A stretch of 64,000 nucleotides of DNA from Octopus bimaculoides (lineage: Eukaryota): positions 33,239,984 through 33,303,983 of the forward strand of contig NC_068985.1 in assembly GCF_001194135.2 (NCBI RefSeq), written 5' to 3'. The position numbers and the translations under genes were made by a program. Positions 61,961 through 64,000 of this stretch are shown one piece after another (position 1 is the stretch's first letter; each line of letters starts with the position of its first letter). The notes beneath the pieces are model-generated. The model saw nothing but the letters and a program-made list of their open reading frames with translations. It searched no databases and was not told the origin of the DNA.

Positions 61961-63963
61961 GACAGTACCTTGGTAGATAAAGCAATCAAGAGCATGAAGA
62001 CAGGGAAAGCCCCCGGCCCTTCAGAAATCACTGCAGAGATGCTCAAAATATCTGGCAGTCGGCTAAAGCCTAGTCACATGTATAGTTAAGCAGGTGATAC
62101 ACGAATGAGTCATACCCAATAACTGGTGTAGCAGCACCATAGTCAACTGCTACAAAGGTAAAGGTGACGCTCTAGGCACAAACAATTACAGAAGTATCAA
62201 GTTGTTGGATCAGGTAATGAAGGTCACAGAGAGGGTCATAGCCCAACTAATCAGGGAGAGAGTCAGTTTAGATGAGATGCAGTTTGGGTTCATGCCAGGG
62301 AAAAGTATCCCTGATGCTATATTTCTGGTAAGACAGCTGCAGGAGAAATACCTAGCCAAAGATAAACCTCTGTACCTGGCTTTCGTTGACATGGAGAAAG
62401 CCTTTGACAAGGTCCCCCAATCCCTTATCTGGTGGTCCATGAGGAAACTAGGGATNNNNNNNNNNNNNNNNNNNNNNNNNNNNNNNNNNNNNNNNNNNNN
62501 NNNNNNNNNNNNNNNNNNNNNNNNNNNNNNNNNNNNNNNNNNNNNNNNNNNNNNNNNNNNNNNNNNNNNNNNNNNNNNNNNNNNNNNNNNNNNNNNNNNN
62601 NNNNNNNNNNNNNNNNNNNNNNNNNNNNNNNNNNNNNNNNNNNNNNNNNNNNNNNNNNNNNNNNNNNNNNNNNNNNNNNNNNNNNNNNNNNNNNNNNNNN
62701 NNNNNNNNNNNNNNNNNNNNNNNNNNNNNNNNNNNNNNNNNNNNNNNNNNNNNNNNNNNNNNNNNNNNNNNNNNNNNNNNNNNNNNNNNNNNNNNNNNNN
62801 NNNNNNNNNNNNNNNNNNNNNNNNNNNNNNNNNNNNNNNNNNNNNNNNNNNNNNNNNNNNNNNNNNNNNNNNNNNNNNNNNNNNNNNNNNNNNNNNNNNN
62901 NNNNNNNNNNNNNNNNNNNNNNNNNNNNNNNNNNNNNNNNNNNNNNNNNNNNNNNNNNNNNNNNNNNNNNNNNNNNNNNNNNNNNNNNNNNNNNNNNNNN
63001 NNNNNNNNNNNNNNNNNNNNNNNNNNNNNNNNNNNNNNNNNNNNNNNNNNNNNNNNNNNNNNNNNNNNNNNNNNNNNNNNNNNNNNNNNNNAGTAGCTCA
63101 GGAGCAATAAACACTGAAAATGTGCAGAGAACAACTTCTGCCACATTCCAAGGAGAAAAACTAGAAGTAGTTGATAGCTTCCGCTATCTAGGTGACCAAG
63201 TCAGTAGCGGAGAAGGGTGCACTGAAAGTGTAGCTGCTAGAATAAGAATAGCCTGGGCAAAGTTCAGAGAGCTCTTACCTCTGCTGGTGACAAAGGGCCT
63301 CTCGCTCAGAGTAAAAGACAGACTGTATAACGCATGTGTACGAACAGCCATGCTACATAGCAGTGAAACATGGGCTGTGACTGTTGAGGACATGCGTAAG
63401 CTCACAAGGAATGAAGCCAGTATGCTCTGATGGATGTGTAATGTCAGTGTGAGAGAAAAGTATTGGACACTAAACTCAGCTTGCGAAGACCTGTTGGAGC
63501 AAGTGAGATCGAAACTGAACCAAATTTGATGACTGGCACCTGTGCCAGTGGAGCACTAACAGCACCATCCAAGCGGGATCACTGCCAGAGCAGTGGTCTC
63601 ACTCTCATGCTGGTGGCACGTAAAAAGTACCATTTGAGCGTGATCGTTTCCAGCTTCACCTTACTGGCATTTGTGTACCGTTGGCATGTGAACAAAAGAT
63701 GGGACTGACCCCTGTGCAGGTGGCACGTGAAATACACCATTTGAGTGTGGCCGCTGCCAGTACTGCCAGACTGGCTCTCGTGCTGGTGGCACGTAAAAAG
63801 CATCCACTACACTCTTGGAGTGGTTGGCGTTAGGAAGGGCATCCAGCTGTAGAAACTCTGTCAAATAAGATTGGAGTCTGGTGTAGCCATCCGGTTTGCC
63901 AGTCCCCAGTCAAATCGTCCAACCCATGCTAGCATGGAAGCGGACGTTAAATGATGATGATGA
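61961..63963 (+). mobile_element. Young RTE LINE (RT region across a gap, internal deletions, 3' UTR, GAT tail)
   Basis: MQFGFMPGKSIPDAIFLVRQLQEKYLAK..LAFVDMEKAFDKVP; KLEVVDSFRYLGDQV; deletion near 63450-63462 joins RT to the UTR. Confidence 0.93.
62456..63091. other. Assembly gap (636 N)
   Basis: Run of N. Confidence 1.
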
Positions 63964-64000
63964 TATATATACATATATATATGTATATATATATATATAT

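Overview
AT-rich, repeat-dense animal genomic DNA with four assembly gaps. The repeat content (RTE LINEs with GAT tails, tRNA-derived SINEs, mariners) points to an octopod cephalopod; this is an inference. The ORF track is mostly noise, so the genes were rebuilt by hand from splice sites. (1) Minus strand: a complete SEL1L/Hrd3 orthologue (ERAD adaptor), 20 coding exons from 53517 to 16401, about 821 aa. It has a GC-AG first coding intron, a 375-nt acidic exon absent from the ORF track, no fibronectin type II domain, and a probable non-coding first exon near 60.5 kb. (2) Plus strand: the last four exons (1826-15273) of a convergent gene whose product resembles the senataxin/Sen1 SF1B helicase core but lacks Walker A, has a degenerate Walker B and stops before RecA2, i.e. 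a candidate pseudo-helicase. Introns hold RTE, CR1 and Penelope relics, three Tc1/mariner types, piggyBac-type MITEs, several SINE families and a small Gypsy-type LTR element with a tRNA-Trp PBS. The most notable structures are a 517-bp palindrome of a tRNA-headed element carrying a hammerhead-ribozyme-like motif, an inverted SINE pair around a symmetric SEL1L exon, and an orphan copy of a SEL1L exon start containing a stop codon.
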